Source: an uncultured Chloroflexia bacterium
Lineage (GTDB): Bacteria > Chloroflexota > Limnocylindria > Limnocylindrales > CSP1-4
Assembly: GCA_963755995.1 (NCBI GenBank)
Contig: CAVWLQ010000002.1
Coordinates: 129,612 to 193,611 of the forward strand
Reading direction: 5' to 3'
Length of the DNA: 64,000 bases
A model generated the notes under the pieces. That model searched no databases and was not told the origin of the DNA. It was given only the letters and a program-made list of their open reading frames with translations. Position numbers and translations under genes: made by a program. Positions 1 through 9,194 of the stretch are shown here, one piece after another. Position 1 is the first letter of the stretch. Each line of letters opens with the position of its first letter.

Positions 1-1
1 A

Positions 2-76
2 TCGCGGTGCATCGAGGCAGCACTGGGACTTGTCAAGGCCGGGTTCGAGGCGGCACGATCGGCGCCACACGCTGAC
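2..76 (+). CDS. 3' end (about 24 codons) of an upstream gene running off the window edge
   Basis: Frame is open from the window start to TGA at 74-76, directly followed by the RBS-like GAGGGA and GTG of the next gene. Confidence 0.2.
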
Positions 77-88
77 GAGGGATCCACC

Positions 89-478
89 GTGGCCTCTGTC
101 CTGATCCGCGACCGCACCGGCGCCGGGCGGCCCGTCTCGTCGTTCACGATCCCGGACCTGCCGGATCGGATCACCATCCGCGAGCTGATCCGGATCCGCG
201 TCCGCGACGAGGTGGCGCGTCACAACCTGCACCCGACCGAGCCGTTCCACGGGCTGGTCGCCCCCACCGAGGTCGAGGTCGCCCTCAACGGCCCGCGTCG
301 GGAGCCGAAATGGGTGGATTGGGAGGCGCAGGCGGCGGTCGCCGTCAAGGCATTCGAGCGCAACGGCTTCTTCATCCTCGTCGATCAACGCCAGGCGGTG
401 TCGCTCGACGACGAAGTCGACCTGACCGCCGCCGCGGACGTCACCTTCGTGAAGCTGGTCCCCCTGGTCGGCGGTTGA
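89..478 (+). CDS. Hypothetical 129-aa protein ending in -VGG; possible beta-grasp / ubiquitin-like (MoaD/ThiS-like C-terminus)
   Basis: ORF-track GTG start at 89 is preceded by an in-frame stop at 74-76. C-terminus NGFFILVDQRQAVSLDDEVDLTAAADVTFVKLVPLVGG resembles MoaD/ThiS tails that end in GG. Its stop overlaps the next gene start (GTTGA). Confidence 0.55.
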   Translation: MASVLIRDRTGAGRPVSSFTIPDLPDRITIRELIRIRVRDEVARHNLHPTEPFHGLVAPTEVEVALNGPRREPKWVDWEAQAAVAVKAFERNGFFILVDQRQAVSLDDEVDLTAAADVTFVKLVPLVGG

Positions 479-2994
479 GGGACCTTCCGAACCTCGTCCG
501 CGCCGCCATCGCCTCGGCGAGCGGCGACCCCGTGTCGAAGCATCGTGCGCGAGCCGAGCCGTACCTGAGCACGCTCCCCGGCCAGCCGCAGGGGGGTGGC
601 TCGTCGTTCGTCATCGGCCCAGGTGATCACTGGCTGTTCACCGTCAAGAAGCAGCCCTGGTACCGGGAGTTCATGGACGCGCCCGACGCAGACCGCGTTT
701 CCCTCGGGATCGCCCTGCTCGACGGGATGAACGCCCGGGACCTCGACCAGTTCAGCGCATTCGCTGCCCCGACGGTGCTCTCCGGATTGGCTCGTCGGGT
801 TCCCGGGCACGACGAGGACGACCGCCACCTCGTCCTCGGTTTGGCGAAGCGCATCGTCGATCGCGACCGGTGGCACCAGGTCGAGAGCGTCATGTACGCG
901 GCGGCCGTCCTCGAGCGCGCCGCATCGCTCGGCGATCGGATCGACGTCCACGAGGACGAGATCCGCGAGATCCTCGACACGCTCTCCGTCCGCGGCTCGA
1001 TCGCGGCCAGCGACGAAGGTCGGATCCGGTCGCGGCTCCTGCGGCTCATCGGGCAGACGACCGCGATGTCCCGGCTCATCGATCGCGGCGATACGTGGGG
1101 CGTCGACCTCCTGGCGTACCTCGAGAGCGCGCCGGACGCGTCCGTGCTCGAGCCGCTCCTGCTCCATCTCGCGGAGGCGACGTCCGTGTCGCCGACGCAG
1201 CGCTGGAAGGCGCGCACGAAGGAGCTGCTGTCGGCCGGGCACGCCGAGGGCCTCATCCGGCACATGGTCGACGCGTCGTTCGACGCCCGATCCCTGCAGC
1301 GTCGGGCCCTCGACGCGTCACCGTTCCAGCCGGCCAACGCGAGCCTCGTCCGCGGCGCCTACTGGGCTGCCGCCGTGGGCCGGTGGGAGTGGGTCGCGGA
1401 GACGCTCGGGAGGGCCGGTCTGCACTGGGCCTTGTCGGGTCGCAACGACAACTACGCGCGCGACCAGCGGCTGGCGAACACGACCGTCGCCCTCCTGGCC
1501 GACCTCGGCACGCCGGAAACGCTCGTCGCCCTCGGGCGGATCCAGGCCAAGGTCCGGAACCGGAACGTCGCGAAGTCCGTGGCCGTGGCGCTCGATCGCG
1601 CGGCCATGGCCGCGGGGATGACCGCGTCGGAGCTGCTCGAGCTCGCGGTGCCGCGCATGAACCTCGACGACGAGGGGCGCCGCGAGATCGTGGTCGGCCC
1701 GGGCATCGCGCTGCTCGCCGTCGGGCCGGGTGGCGACGCCACGCTCGAGTGGAGCGTGGGTGGCCGCGTCTCGGCAGCCGTGCCCAAGGCGGTGCTCGAC
1801 GCTGACAAGACGGGGGTCACGGCCGCGAAGACGGAGCTCAAGGAGCTGCGCAAGGCGCTGTCGGTCGAGCGCGGCCGCCTCGAGGACCTGCTGGTCGAGG
1901 AGCGCACCTGGGCCTACCCGGACTGGGTGGAGCGCTATCGACGCCACCCGCTGACCGCTGCGGTCGCGGCACACCTCATCTGGCGCTTCCAGGTCGGCGA
2001 GCGGTGGCTTGCCGGGATCACGGATGGGGATGGGGTGACCAGCGTGGATGGATCGCCGATCGAGCTCGGGCCGTTGACCCGTGTCGCCGTCTGGCATCCG
2101 ATCCACGCGACCCCCGAGGAGATCAGGGCGTGGCGGACGTTCCTGCTCGAGCGCGGGGTGCGGCAGCCGTTCAAGCAGGCGTTCCGCGAGGTCTACCTGC
2201 TCACCCCGGCCGAGGAGGCGACCGAGGTCTACTCGAACCGGTTCGCCGGGCATGTCCTCGACTACCCGGTCGCTCGCGCGCTGATGGGGGCGCGGCGTTG
2301 GGGGACCAACTTCCTCGGGCCGTTCGACGGCGGGTACGAGGGCATCGCCAAGCGCGAGTTCCGAAGCGTTGGCGTCCGGGCCGAGTTCTACCACGATGCG
2401 ATCGAGGGAGCCGACGACGACCTGGGCGCCGTCGCGCACTGCACGACGGACCAGGTTCGCTTCGTCCGGCTCGGACGCGACGGTGACGTCCTGCCCCTGC
2501 GCGAGGTCCCGCCCGTGATCTTCTCGGAGGCGATGCGCGACGTCGACCTCTTCGTCGGGGTCGGCTCGATCGCGGCCGACGTGAACTGGCAGGATGCCGG
2601 GCGTGACCGGAACGCGCGGTTCGACGAGTACTGGGGACGCACGGCGTTCGGCGAGCTCACGGCCTCGGCCGAGAGCCGGCGGGAGGTCCTCGCCTGGATG
2701 CTTCCGCAGCTCGCGATCGCCGACCGGCTGACGCTCGAGGATCGCTACCTGCGGGTCCGGGGCGATCGGCGAACCTACCGGATCCACCTCGGATCCGCGA
2801 ACATCCTCATGGAGCCGAACGACGAGTACCTGTGCATCGTCCCGGGTCGAGGGCCGGTCTCGGCGGGCGCGACCCGGATCCTCCTGCCGTTCGACGACGA
2901 CCACCGCCTCTCGGTGATCCTCTCGAAGGCGATGCTGCTGGCCAACGACCACGCGATCACCGACCCGTCGATCGTCCGCCAGATCGATCGCTGA
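475..2994 (+). CDS. DUF4132 domain-containing protein (MolR-like C-terminal domain); start uncertain (TTG 475 or ATG near 673)
   Basis: One 2.5-kb uninterrupted frame. C-terminal motifs WRFQVGERW, FKQAFREVY and EYWGRTAFGEL are typical of DUF4132. TTG at 475 overlaps the upstream TGA (translational coupling). Confidence 0.7.
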   Translation: MRDLPNLVRAAIASASGDPVSKHRARAEPYLSTLPGQPQGGGSSFVIGPGDHWLFTVKKQPWYREFMDAPDADRVSLGIALLDGMNARDLDQFSAFAAPTVLSGLARRVPGHDEDDRHLVLGLAKRIVDRDRWHQVESVMYAAAVLERAASLGDRIDVHEDEIREILDTLSVRGSIAASDEGRIRSRLLRLIGQTTAMSRLIDRGDTWGVDLLAYLESAPDASVLEPLLLHLAEATSVSPTQRWKARTKELLSAGHAEGLIRHMVDASFDARSLQRRALDASPFQPANASLVRGAYWAAAVGRWEWVAETLGRAGLHWALSGRNDNYARDQRLANTTVALLADLGTPETLVALGRIQAKVRNRNVAKSVAVALDRAAMAAGMTASELLELAVPRMNLDDEGRREIVVGPGIALLAVGPGGDATLEWSVGGRVSAAVPKAVLDADKTGVTAAKTELKELRKALSVERGRLEDLLVEERTWAYPDWVERYRRHPLTAAVAAHLIWRFQVGERWLAGITDGDGVTSVDGSPIELGPLTRVAVWHPIHATPEEIRAWRTFLLERGVRQPFKQAFREVYLLTPAEEATEVYSNRFAGHVLDYPVARALMGARRWGTNFLGPFDGGYEGIAKREFRSVGVRAEFYHDAIEGADDDLGAVAHCTTDQVRFVRLGRDGDVLPLREVPPVIFSEAMRDVDLFVGVGSIAADVNWQDAGRDRNARFDEYWGRTAFGELTASAESRREVLAWMLPQLAIADRLTLEDRYLRVRGDRRTYRIHLGSANILMEPNDEYLCIVPGRGPVSAGATRILLPFDDDHRLSVILSKAMLLANDHAITDPSIVRQIDR

Positions 2995-3018
2995 CCGACG
3001 GGCCCGCCGAGCCGGTTC

Positions 3019-3942
3019 CTAGGACCTGGTGCGCAGCCCGGTGACCCAGTACTCGGTCGTCGTGATGCCGAACCGGGCGTTGACCACCCACAGCCGTCCG
3101 GCCTGGAGCGCACCGGTGGTCGGCACGCTGAGGTCAGCCGAGGTGAGCTCGGTGCGTGGGCGCGCGGACGTCAGCCGGAGGCCCAGTCGGAAGACTTCCA
3201 CCGCGCCGACGCCGGCCTCGTTGGCGTTGCGCACGACGAACAGGGTGCTGCCGCGGAGCTCCAGGCCGTCGCCGTTGGCGACGCTGACGCCGCCGGTCGA
3301 GATCGGCGTCGCGACCCCGGTCGCCTTGCTGACCCGGAACAGGCCGCCCGTGAACGAGTCGACGACGATGAGCCAGCCGCGCGCGGCGACGATGCCGTTC
3401 GCGTTGAACTGGCCGGCCTCGAACTCGATCCCGGTCAGCGGCAGCGTCGTGACGAGGCTTGCGTCGGGCAGCCGGCCGTGGCGCCCGAGCGGGATGACGT
3501 CCAGCCACGCGTTGTTCGAATCGGTCACGTACACGGCGTCGTGGGTCACGACGAGATCGTTGAGGAACCCGGCCGGCGAGAACGTGTACTGGCGCAGGAG
3601 CGTCCCGCGCGTCGCGTCATAGACGCGGACGGTCCCGGTCGGGCCACCGGCGACCCAGAGGCGATTCGCGCCGGCCTCGTACTCGACGCCCGCTGCCGCA
3701 CCGCCCCAGGCCGGCACGAGCACACCGCCGCGGCCGGTGCGGACGTCGCCCTTCCACACGCCACCGCCGGCCAGCGAGCCGACGTAGATCGTGTTGCCGC
3801 GTCCGGCCGTGATGCCCTCCGGCATCCAGCCGGACGGGAGGTCGATCCGCGACGGGAACGGCGACGATGCGGCGACGGGCGCGGCGAACGCGCCAAGGGC
3901 AAGGACAAGGGCGATCATGGCGGTCAGTGGTCGACGGAGCAT
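3019..3942 (-). CDS. Secreted beta-propeller protein (SMP-30/gluconolactonase/LRE- or NHL-like) with signal peptide
   Basis: Start at the internal Met MLRRPLTAMIALVLALGAFAAPVAASS (cleavable signal). Gly/Thr-rich repeated beta-strand motifs follow. Convergent with the DUF4132 gene. Confidence 0.6.
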   Translation of the reverse strand: MLRRPLTAMIALVLALGAFAAPVAASSPFPSRIDLPSGWMPEGITAGRGNTIYVGSLAGGGVWKGDVRTGRGGVLVPAWGGAAAGVEYEAGANRLWVAGGPTGTVRVYDATRGTLLRQYTFSPAGFLNDLVVTHDAVYVTDSNNAWLDVIPLGRHGRLPDASLVTTLPLTGIEFEAGQFNANGIVAARGWLIVVDSFTGGLFRVSKATGVATPISTGGVSVANGDGLELRGSTLFVVRNANEAGVGAVEVFRLGLRLTSARPRTELTSADLSVPTTGALQAGRLWVVNARFGITTTEYWVTGLRTRS

Positions 3943-4096
3943 CTCGAACCTCCCGTGACGCTGGCGGGGCGGCGACGGGCTGGTCGCCACCGGACGCGGT
4001 CATGGCGCTCTGGGTGCGCGTGTCTCCATGACCCTACGCCTGTAGGCGAGATGTGGATGTCGGCGAGCTCGGTGACAGCGGCGGCTTGCCCGCGAT

Positions 4097-4122
4097 TGAA
4101 CGTTTTCCGCGACCATCCCGTC
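4097..4122 (+). promoter_or_regulatory. ECF-type promoter (-35 GAAC, 17-nt spacer, -10 CGTC) about 9 nt upstream of the sigma gene ATG; near-leaderless
   Basis: attGAACgttttccgcgaccatccCGTCggtacgtcATG. Matches the GGAAC-N16/17-CGT architecture of autoregulated ECF promoters. Confidence 0.35.
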
Positions 4123-4130
4123 GGTACGTC

Positions 4131-4730
4131 ATGATCGAACACCCTACAGAGGTCATCCGGCCGGTGAGGCAGACGGCAGACCGCCCTGACGTGGCGCGCG
4201 CGGAGCTCTTCGCCCGCCTCGTCGATCGAGCAGCGCTCGACAAGGCCTATCGCTACGCCACCCTGGTCCTCGGCTCCCGATCCGACGCGGAGGATGCCAC
4301 CCACGACGCGGCCCTCAGCGCCTGGCGAAAGTTCGGCGACCTGCGCGACACCGCGAAGTTCGATGCCTGGTTCGGGAAGATCCTGGTCAACGCCTGTCGC
4401 GACCAGCTCCGGACCCGCGGTCGCACGCCGCTCAGTCTCGACGCCGAGCCCTTCTCAGCGACGGACTATGGCTACGCCCCGGCCCCGCGTGCGACCACCG
4501 ATCCGACCGACACCGTCGTCGATCGCGACGCGCTCGACCTCGCTCTGCGGACCCTCAGCCCGGACCAGCGCGAGGTCGTCGTGCTCCGTTACTTCTTCGA
4601 CCTGACCATCGAGGGGATCGCGGCACGGACCGGGGCTCGCGAGGGCACCGTCAAATCGCGACTCCACCACGCCCTGCGATACCTCAGGTCGGCGATCGAC
4701 GCGGCCAATGAAGGGAGCATCGACCGATGA
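4131..4730 (+). CDS. ECF (sigma-70 family) RNA polymerase sigma factor
   Basis: Region 2 (FDAWFGKILVNACRDQLR) and region 4 (LSPDQREVVVLRYFFDLTIEGIAARTGAREGTVKSRLHHALRYLR) motifs. Its stop overlaps the next ATG (ATGA). Confidence 0.8.
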   Translation: MIEHPTEVIRPVRQTADRPDVARAELFARLVDRAALDKAYRYATLVLGSRSDAEDATHDAALSAWRKFGDLRDTAKFDAWFGKILVNACRDQLRTRGRTPLSLDAEPFSATDYGYAPAPRATTDPTDTVVDRDALDLALRTLSPDQREVVVLRYFFDLTIEGIAARTGAREGTVKSRLHHALRYLRSAIDAANEGSIDR

Positions 4731-6139
4731 CGGACGACACTGCGTTCGAGCGAGACCTGCGCGCAGCGCTCGAGCAGCTCGGTCGCGAACCTGCGCCCGA
4801 GCGCCTCGTCTCCCGGGTCGCCGAGATCCCGAGCCGGCAGCCGTCGGCCCAGCGGCTCGAGGCGCGCTCATCCGGCCTGTCCCCCCGGTCGATCGGGTCG
4901 GCTCTCGGCCTCCTCGTCGCGGTCCTGGCCATCGCGGTCGTCGCGCTGATCCTGCGACCGACGGGTCCCGGGCCGGTCATCGTCGGCGGCTCCCCGTCGC
5001 TGGCGGTGGTCCCGTCCCCGAGCGCCTCGGAGGAGCCCTCGGTCGAGCCGTCGGCCAGCCCGTCGACCGAGCCCTCGGTGCAGGCGTCGGCCACGGCCAC
5101 CCCGGCCCCGACGGCGACCCCGAAGCCGGCGCAGCCCGTGCCGGCGGGGTTCGCACCGGTCTCGGCGACCTTCGTCTCGTCCAAGAACGGCTGGGTGCTC
5201 GGCGGCGTCGCGTGCGACACCGGCCTCTGTCCCGCCATCGCCCACACGACCGACGGCGGCGTGACCTGGGCGGCGATCCCGGCTCCGAAGACCACGATCG
5301 GCCGGAGCCCGGTCGACGAGACCGGCACCGGCATCTCTGCCCTCCGGTTCGCGAACGCCAAGGACGGCTGGGCGTACGGCCCGGAGCTGTGGACCACCCA
5401 TGACGGTGGCGCGACCTGGGCGAAGTCGTCGATCGCCGGCCTGCCCAAGGATTCGCCGGTCCGTGCCCTCGAGGCTGCCCGCGGGACGGTCCACGCGGTC
5501 GTCTATGACGGAGCGCAGGACTTCCGGATCGCGTCCGGCAAGGTCGCGACCAACGCGTGGACGCTGGCCTCCGTCCGTGTCCCGGTCGGTGCCGGGCCGG
5601 CCCCGCGCCCGCAGCTCGTCCTGTCCGGGACCGGCGGCTGGGTGCTGGAGAACGATCGGACCGTCGTCGCCGGGGCGCAGCTCCGCAACGGCTCCTGGGT
5701 GACCTGGAAGCCCGTCTGCCTGGACGTCGTCGGACCGGCGGTCCTGGCCGCTTCGAGCGCCAGCAACCTCGTCGCTGCGTGCGACGTCGGCGCCCTCGGG
5801 GATGCGAAGGGCGACCACCTGTTTGCCTCGCACGATGGCGGCGCGAGCTTCGCCGAGGTCGGTCCGGCCACCCCGCTCGACGCGGCCGCGGTCATCGCCA
5901 CGCCGGGTGTCGCCACGATCGTCATCGGTGGCACCGTCGCCGCCGGGTCCGAGCTCTTCACCTCGACCGACGGCGGGCAGACGTGGAGCGGCGTCCTGCC
6001 GGCCGCGGCCGCGACGTTCGCCGACCTCGGCTTCACGACCCCCACCCAGGGGATCGTGATCCAGACCGAGCAGGGCGGAACGAGCCGGATGCTGATGAGC
6101 CACGACGCCGGGAAGACCTGGACGCCGATCGCGTTCTGA
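4727..6139 (+). CDS. Anti-sigma factor: N-terminal cytoplasmic segment, one TM helix, Ser/Pro-rich linker, extracytoplasmic BNR/Asp-box (Ycf48-like) beta-propeller
   Basis: TM helix LGLLVAVLAIAVVALIL. Five S/T-x-D-G-G-x-T-W repeats: TDGGVTW, HDGGATW, HDGGASF, TDGGQTW, HDAGKTW. Translationally coupled to the sigma gene. Confidence 0.75.
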   Translation: MTDDTAFERDLRAALEQLGREPAPERLVSRVAEIPSRQPSAQRLEARSSGLSPRSIGSALGLLVAVLAIAVVALILRPTGPGPVIVGGSPSLAVVPSPSASEEPSVEPSASPSTEPSVQASATATPAPTATPKPAQPVPAGFAPVSATFVSSKNGWVLGGVACDTGLCPAIAHTTDGGVTWAAIPAPKTTIGRSPVDETGTGISALRFANAKDGWAYGPELWTTHDGGATWAKSSIAGLPKDSPVRALEAARGTVHAVVYDGAQDFRIASGKVATNAWTLASVRVPVGAGPAPRPQLVLSGTGGWVLENDRTVVAGAQLRNGSWVTWKPVCLDVVGPAVLAASSASNLVAACDVGALGDAKGDHLFASHDGGASFAEVGPATPLDAAAVIATPGVATIVIGGTVAAGSELFTSTDGGQTWSGVLPAAAATFADLGFTTPTQGIVIQTEQGGTSRMLMSHDAGKTWTPIAF

Positions 6140-6150
6140 GGTCGCATGCC

Positions 6151-7413
6151 ATGCGGATGACAGTCCTTGTCCTGATCGCGGCCCTCGTGGCCGGCTGCGG
6201 CGGATCGGGCGCGACCGGCTCGGTCGTCGGTTCGCCGTCGCAGTCGGTGGCCGAGCCCTCGACGTCCGCCGCGTCGTCGGTGAAGCCGTCGCCGACGGCC
6301 ACCGGCCCGAAGGCGCCGGCGACACACGTCCCGACGCCGACGTCGAGCGGGACCCAGACGTCGAGCTGCGTCACCCACACCCTGGCCGGCCTGTCGGAGG
6401 CGCAGCGGATCGGCCAGCTGTTCATGATCGGGCTGGCCAAGGACACGCTCGGGACCGCGGAGCGCTCCGCGATCGCGACGTACCACTTCGGCTCGGTGTC
6501 GTTCACGACGAAGACCGCGATCGGGGTCGCGCGCGTGCGGGCGATCACGGACGCCGTCCAGGCCCAGGCGACGTCGGCGGCGACCGGTGGCGTGCGCTTC
6601 TTCGTCGCGGCCAACCAGGAGGGCGGGCTCGTCCAGGCCCTGTCCGGTCCCGGGTTCGACACGATCCCGTCCGCGCTGAGCCAGGGGTCGCTGTCGACGT
6701 CGACCCTCAAGACACGGGCCGCGCGGTGGGGTGCCCAGCTGCGCGCGGCAGGCGTCAACCTCGATCTGGCACCCGTGGCGGACGTCGTGCCACCCGGGAC
6801 GGACGCGACGAACGCTCCGATCGGCAAGCTCAAGCGTGAGTACGCCCACACGCCGTCCGCGGCGGCCAGCCACGTGGTCGCCTTCATCGGCGGCATGAAG
6901 GCGGCCCATGTCGCGTCCACCGCCAAGCACTTCCCCGGTCTGGGCCGGGTCGTGGGCAACACCGACTTCACGGCGGACGTGACCGACACGGTCACGACCG
7001 TCGACGATCCGTTCCTCGCGCCGTTCGCGCGCGCGATCCAGGCCGGCGTGCCCGTCGTGATGGTCGCCCTCGCGACCTACGAGCGCATCGATCCCGACCA
7101 CCTTGCGGTCTTCTCGCCGGCCGTCATCCAGGGTCTCCTGCGCGACAAGCTCGGCTTCCACGGCGTCGTCGCCTCGGACAGCCTGGGCGCGACCGCGGTC
7201 AAGTCGATCACGCCGGCGGCGCGGGCGCTCGACTTCCTCGACGCCGGCGGCGACCTCATCGTGGTCAACGAGCTGAGCGTGGCCGACCCGATGGCAAAGG
7301 CGATCGCCGCACGGGCGGCCACGGACGCCGCCTTCCGGGCTCGCGTCGACGCTGCCGTCCTGAAGATCCTGGCCGCCAAGCACGCGGCCGGTCTCCTGGA
7401 CTGCTCCGGCTGA
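6151..7413 (+). CDS. Glycoside hydrolase family 3 beta-N-acetylhexosaminidase lipoprotein (NagZ/LpqI-like)
   Basis: Lipobox LIAALVAGCGG. GH3 motifs GQLFMIGL, KHFPGLGRV, FHGVVASDSL. Starts 12 nt after the anti-sigma gene. Confidence 0.8.
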   Translation: MRMTVLVLIAALVAGCGGSGATGSVVGSPSQSVAEPSTSAASSVKPSPTATGPKAPATHVPTPTSSGTQTSSCVTHTLAGLSEAQRIGQLFMIGLAKDTLGTAERSAIATYHFGSVSFTTKTAIGVARVRAITDAVQAQATSAATGGVRFFVAANQEGGLVQALSGPGFDTIPSALSQGSLSTSTLKTRAARWGAQLRAAGVNLDLAPVADVVPPGTDATNAPIGKLKREYAHTPSAAASHVVAFIGGMKAAHVASTAKHFPGLGRVVGNTDFTADVTDTVTTVDDPFLAPFARAIQAGVPVVMVALATYERIDPDHLAVFSPAVIQGLLRDKLGFHGVVASDSLGATAVKSITPAARALDFLDAGGDLIVVNELSVADPMAKAIAARAATDAAFRARVDAAVLKILAAKHAAGLLDCSG

Positions 7414-7420
7414 CCGACGG

Positions 7421-8098
7421 TCAGGCGGGATCGACCGCCAGGCCCAGCTCGTCGAGCGAATCGAGCAGCTCCGCCGGGTCGCGATAGACCCGGAAGGCGC
7501 CCGCCGCGCGAAGCTCGTCCTCGCCGTAGCCGCCGGTCAGCAACCCGACGCTGAGCATCCCGGCCCGCCGCGCGGCGAGCAGGTCCCAGACCGCATCGCC
7601 GACCACGTAGCAGTCGGCGATCGCGACTCCCAGCCGTTCCTGGCAGGCGAGGAACAGGTCCGGCTCCGGCTTGGCACGCAGGACGTCGCCCCGTTCGACG
7701 ACGACGAGGTCCGCAGGGACGTCCAAGGCGTCGAGCGACGCGTCGATCTCCGGCCGCCGGCCCGACGTCGCGATGCCGTGCACGATGCCGCTGCCGCGGA
7801 GGGTCGCCAGGAGCTCGATCGCGCCGGGCAGAGGCCGGCGTTCGGGCAGGATCTCGCGGAAGATCTCGCCGTGGCGCCGTTGGAGCATGGCCGACTCGTC
7901 GTCCGTCAGGCTCCGACCGATCTCGCGCGCGACGGCCCGGGCGAACAGGCCGCCGCTCATGCCGATCCGGCGGTGGATCCGCCAGCCGTCGACCGGGTGG
8001 CCGGCCTCGAGCAGCGCGCGCTGCCAGGCGAACACGTGCGCGTAGACGGTGTCCACCAGGGTCCCGTCCAGGTCGAAGATCAGGGCACGCATGCGCAT
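7421..8098 (-). CDS. HAD-superfamily hydrolase (beta-phosphoglucomutase/phosphatase-like)
   Basis: Motif I FDLDGTLVDT; C-terminal motifs VVGDAVWDL. Confidence 0.8.
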   Translation of the reverse strand: MRMRALIFDLDGTLVDTVYAHVFAWQRALLEAGHPVDGWRIHRRIGMSGGLFARAVAREIGRSLTDDESAMLQRRHGEIFREILPERRPLPGAIELLATLRGSGIVHGIATSGRRPEIDASLDALDVPADLVVVERGDVLRAKPEPDLFLACQERLGVAIADCYVVGDAVWDLLAARRAGMLSVGLLTGGYGEDELRAAGAFRVYRDPAELLDSLDELGLAVDPA

Positions 8099-8143
8099 CG
8101 AAGTATGGCTGCCCGTTGACGCCGCCGGATACGGGCGAGTATC

Positions 8144-9194
8144 GTGCTACCTGTGGATAGCAAGTTGCACGTTGGGACTGGGACGGACGACGTCGGACTC
8201 GTGGCGTCATGGCGGGCTGACGGCCGCGGCCTCCTGACGGTCGCTGCGCTCATCATCCTCGCGGCCGGCCTGTTCGCCTGGTTCCTCGCGATGACCGACC
8301 AGCTCCTGCCCCACGACCTCGCGTGGCTGACGATCTCCGAACGGGAGCTGCGGTCGATCGCCGGCGGGCGGCTGGTGCATTTCATGGCCCACGACCGCGC
8401 GGCGTTCGGCGGCACGCTCATCGCGATCAGCGTCCTGTACCTCTGGCTCGTGCGGTTCCCGCTGGCCGAGGGGCGCGCCTGGGCGTGGTGGCTGCTGGCG
8501 ATCGGTGGCGGTCTCGGCTTCCCGAGCTTCCTGAGCTACCTGGGAACGGGCTATCTCGACACGTGGCACGGGCTGGCGACGCTCGTGCTGCTGCCGCTGT
8601 TCATCCTCGGCCTGGCCGGCGCACGCGCAGGAGCTCCGGCCGCCGCTCGGGATCCGGGCGCTGCTGGTGCCCGGCGCACGGCCGCCGGTGTGGTCGCGCG
8701 CCTGGCTGGGGCGCGGGTTCCTCCTGCTCACGGGCTTCGGGATGCTCGTGGCGGGGCTCACGATCGTGACGATCGGGACGTTCGTCGTCTTCGTTCCCCA
8801 GGACCTGGTGTATCTCGGTCTCGACCGGGCCGCGCTCGACGCCATCGACCCGCGCCTCGTGCCGCTGATCGCGCACGATCGGGCAGGCTTCGGGGGTGGC
8901 CTCGCGACGGCCGGGCTGACGGTCCTCGTGGCGGTCTGGTGCGGGCGGCCCAGCCGTGCGCTGTGGGAGGCGCTGCTGATCGCGGGCGCGGCCGGGTTCG
9001 GCGCCGCGATCGGCGTCCACGGCCTGATCGGCTACCTCGACCTGTCCCACGTCGGACCGGCCATCGTCGGCGTCGGCACGTTCATCGCCGGGAATCGCGC
9101 TCAGCCGGCCATCGATGGTGCGCCCGCCGGCCGCGACCGGACCGACCGCCTAGGCGACCCTCAAGCCTGGCGGGTCGATGGCCTCCATTCGTGA
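8144..9194 (+). pseudogene. Membrane protein with an internal tandem duplication (two about 150-aa repeats); the repeats lie in different frames, so a frameshift sits near 8640-8670
   Basis: Repeat 1 (frame of 8144) LVHFMAHDRAAFGGTLIAISVLYLWLV and repeat 2 (frame of 8667) LVPLIAHDRAGFGGGLATAGLTVLVAVW. The frame of 8144 has no stop until 9277 and reads Arg-rich junk after 8640. Confidence 0.45.

Noticed and set aside
1-88. tRNA-like GGTTCGAGG T-loop motif near the window start
   Set aside because: No acceptor/anticodon arm pairing and no CCA-compatible 3' end. Better explained as the 3' end of an upstream CDS.
870-2952. Long overlapping or antisense ORFs inside the DUF4132 gene (870..1805 +, 1318..2952 -, 385..1263 -)
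   Set aside because: Arg/Pro/Ala-rich low-complexity translations, typical of stop-poor alternative frames in over-70% GC DNA. The sense frame has a coherent domain signature.
4868-7383. 485-aa and 626-aa minus-strand ORFs antisense to the anti-sigma and GH3 genes
   Set aside because: Low-complexity R/G/D-rich products with no start context. The plus-strand genes have clear motifs, coupling and a lipobox.
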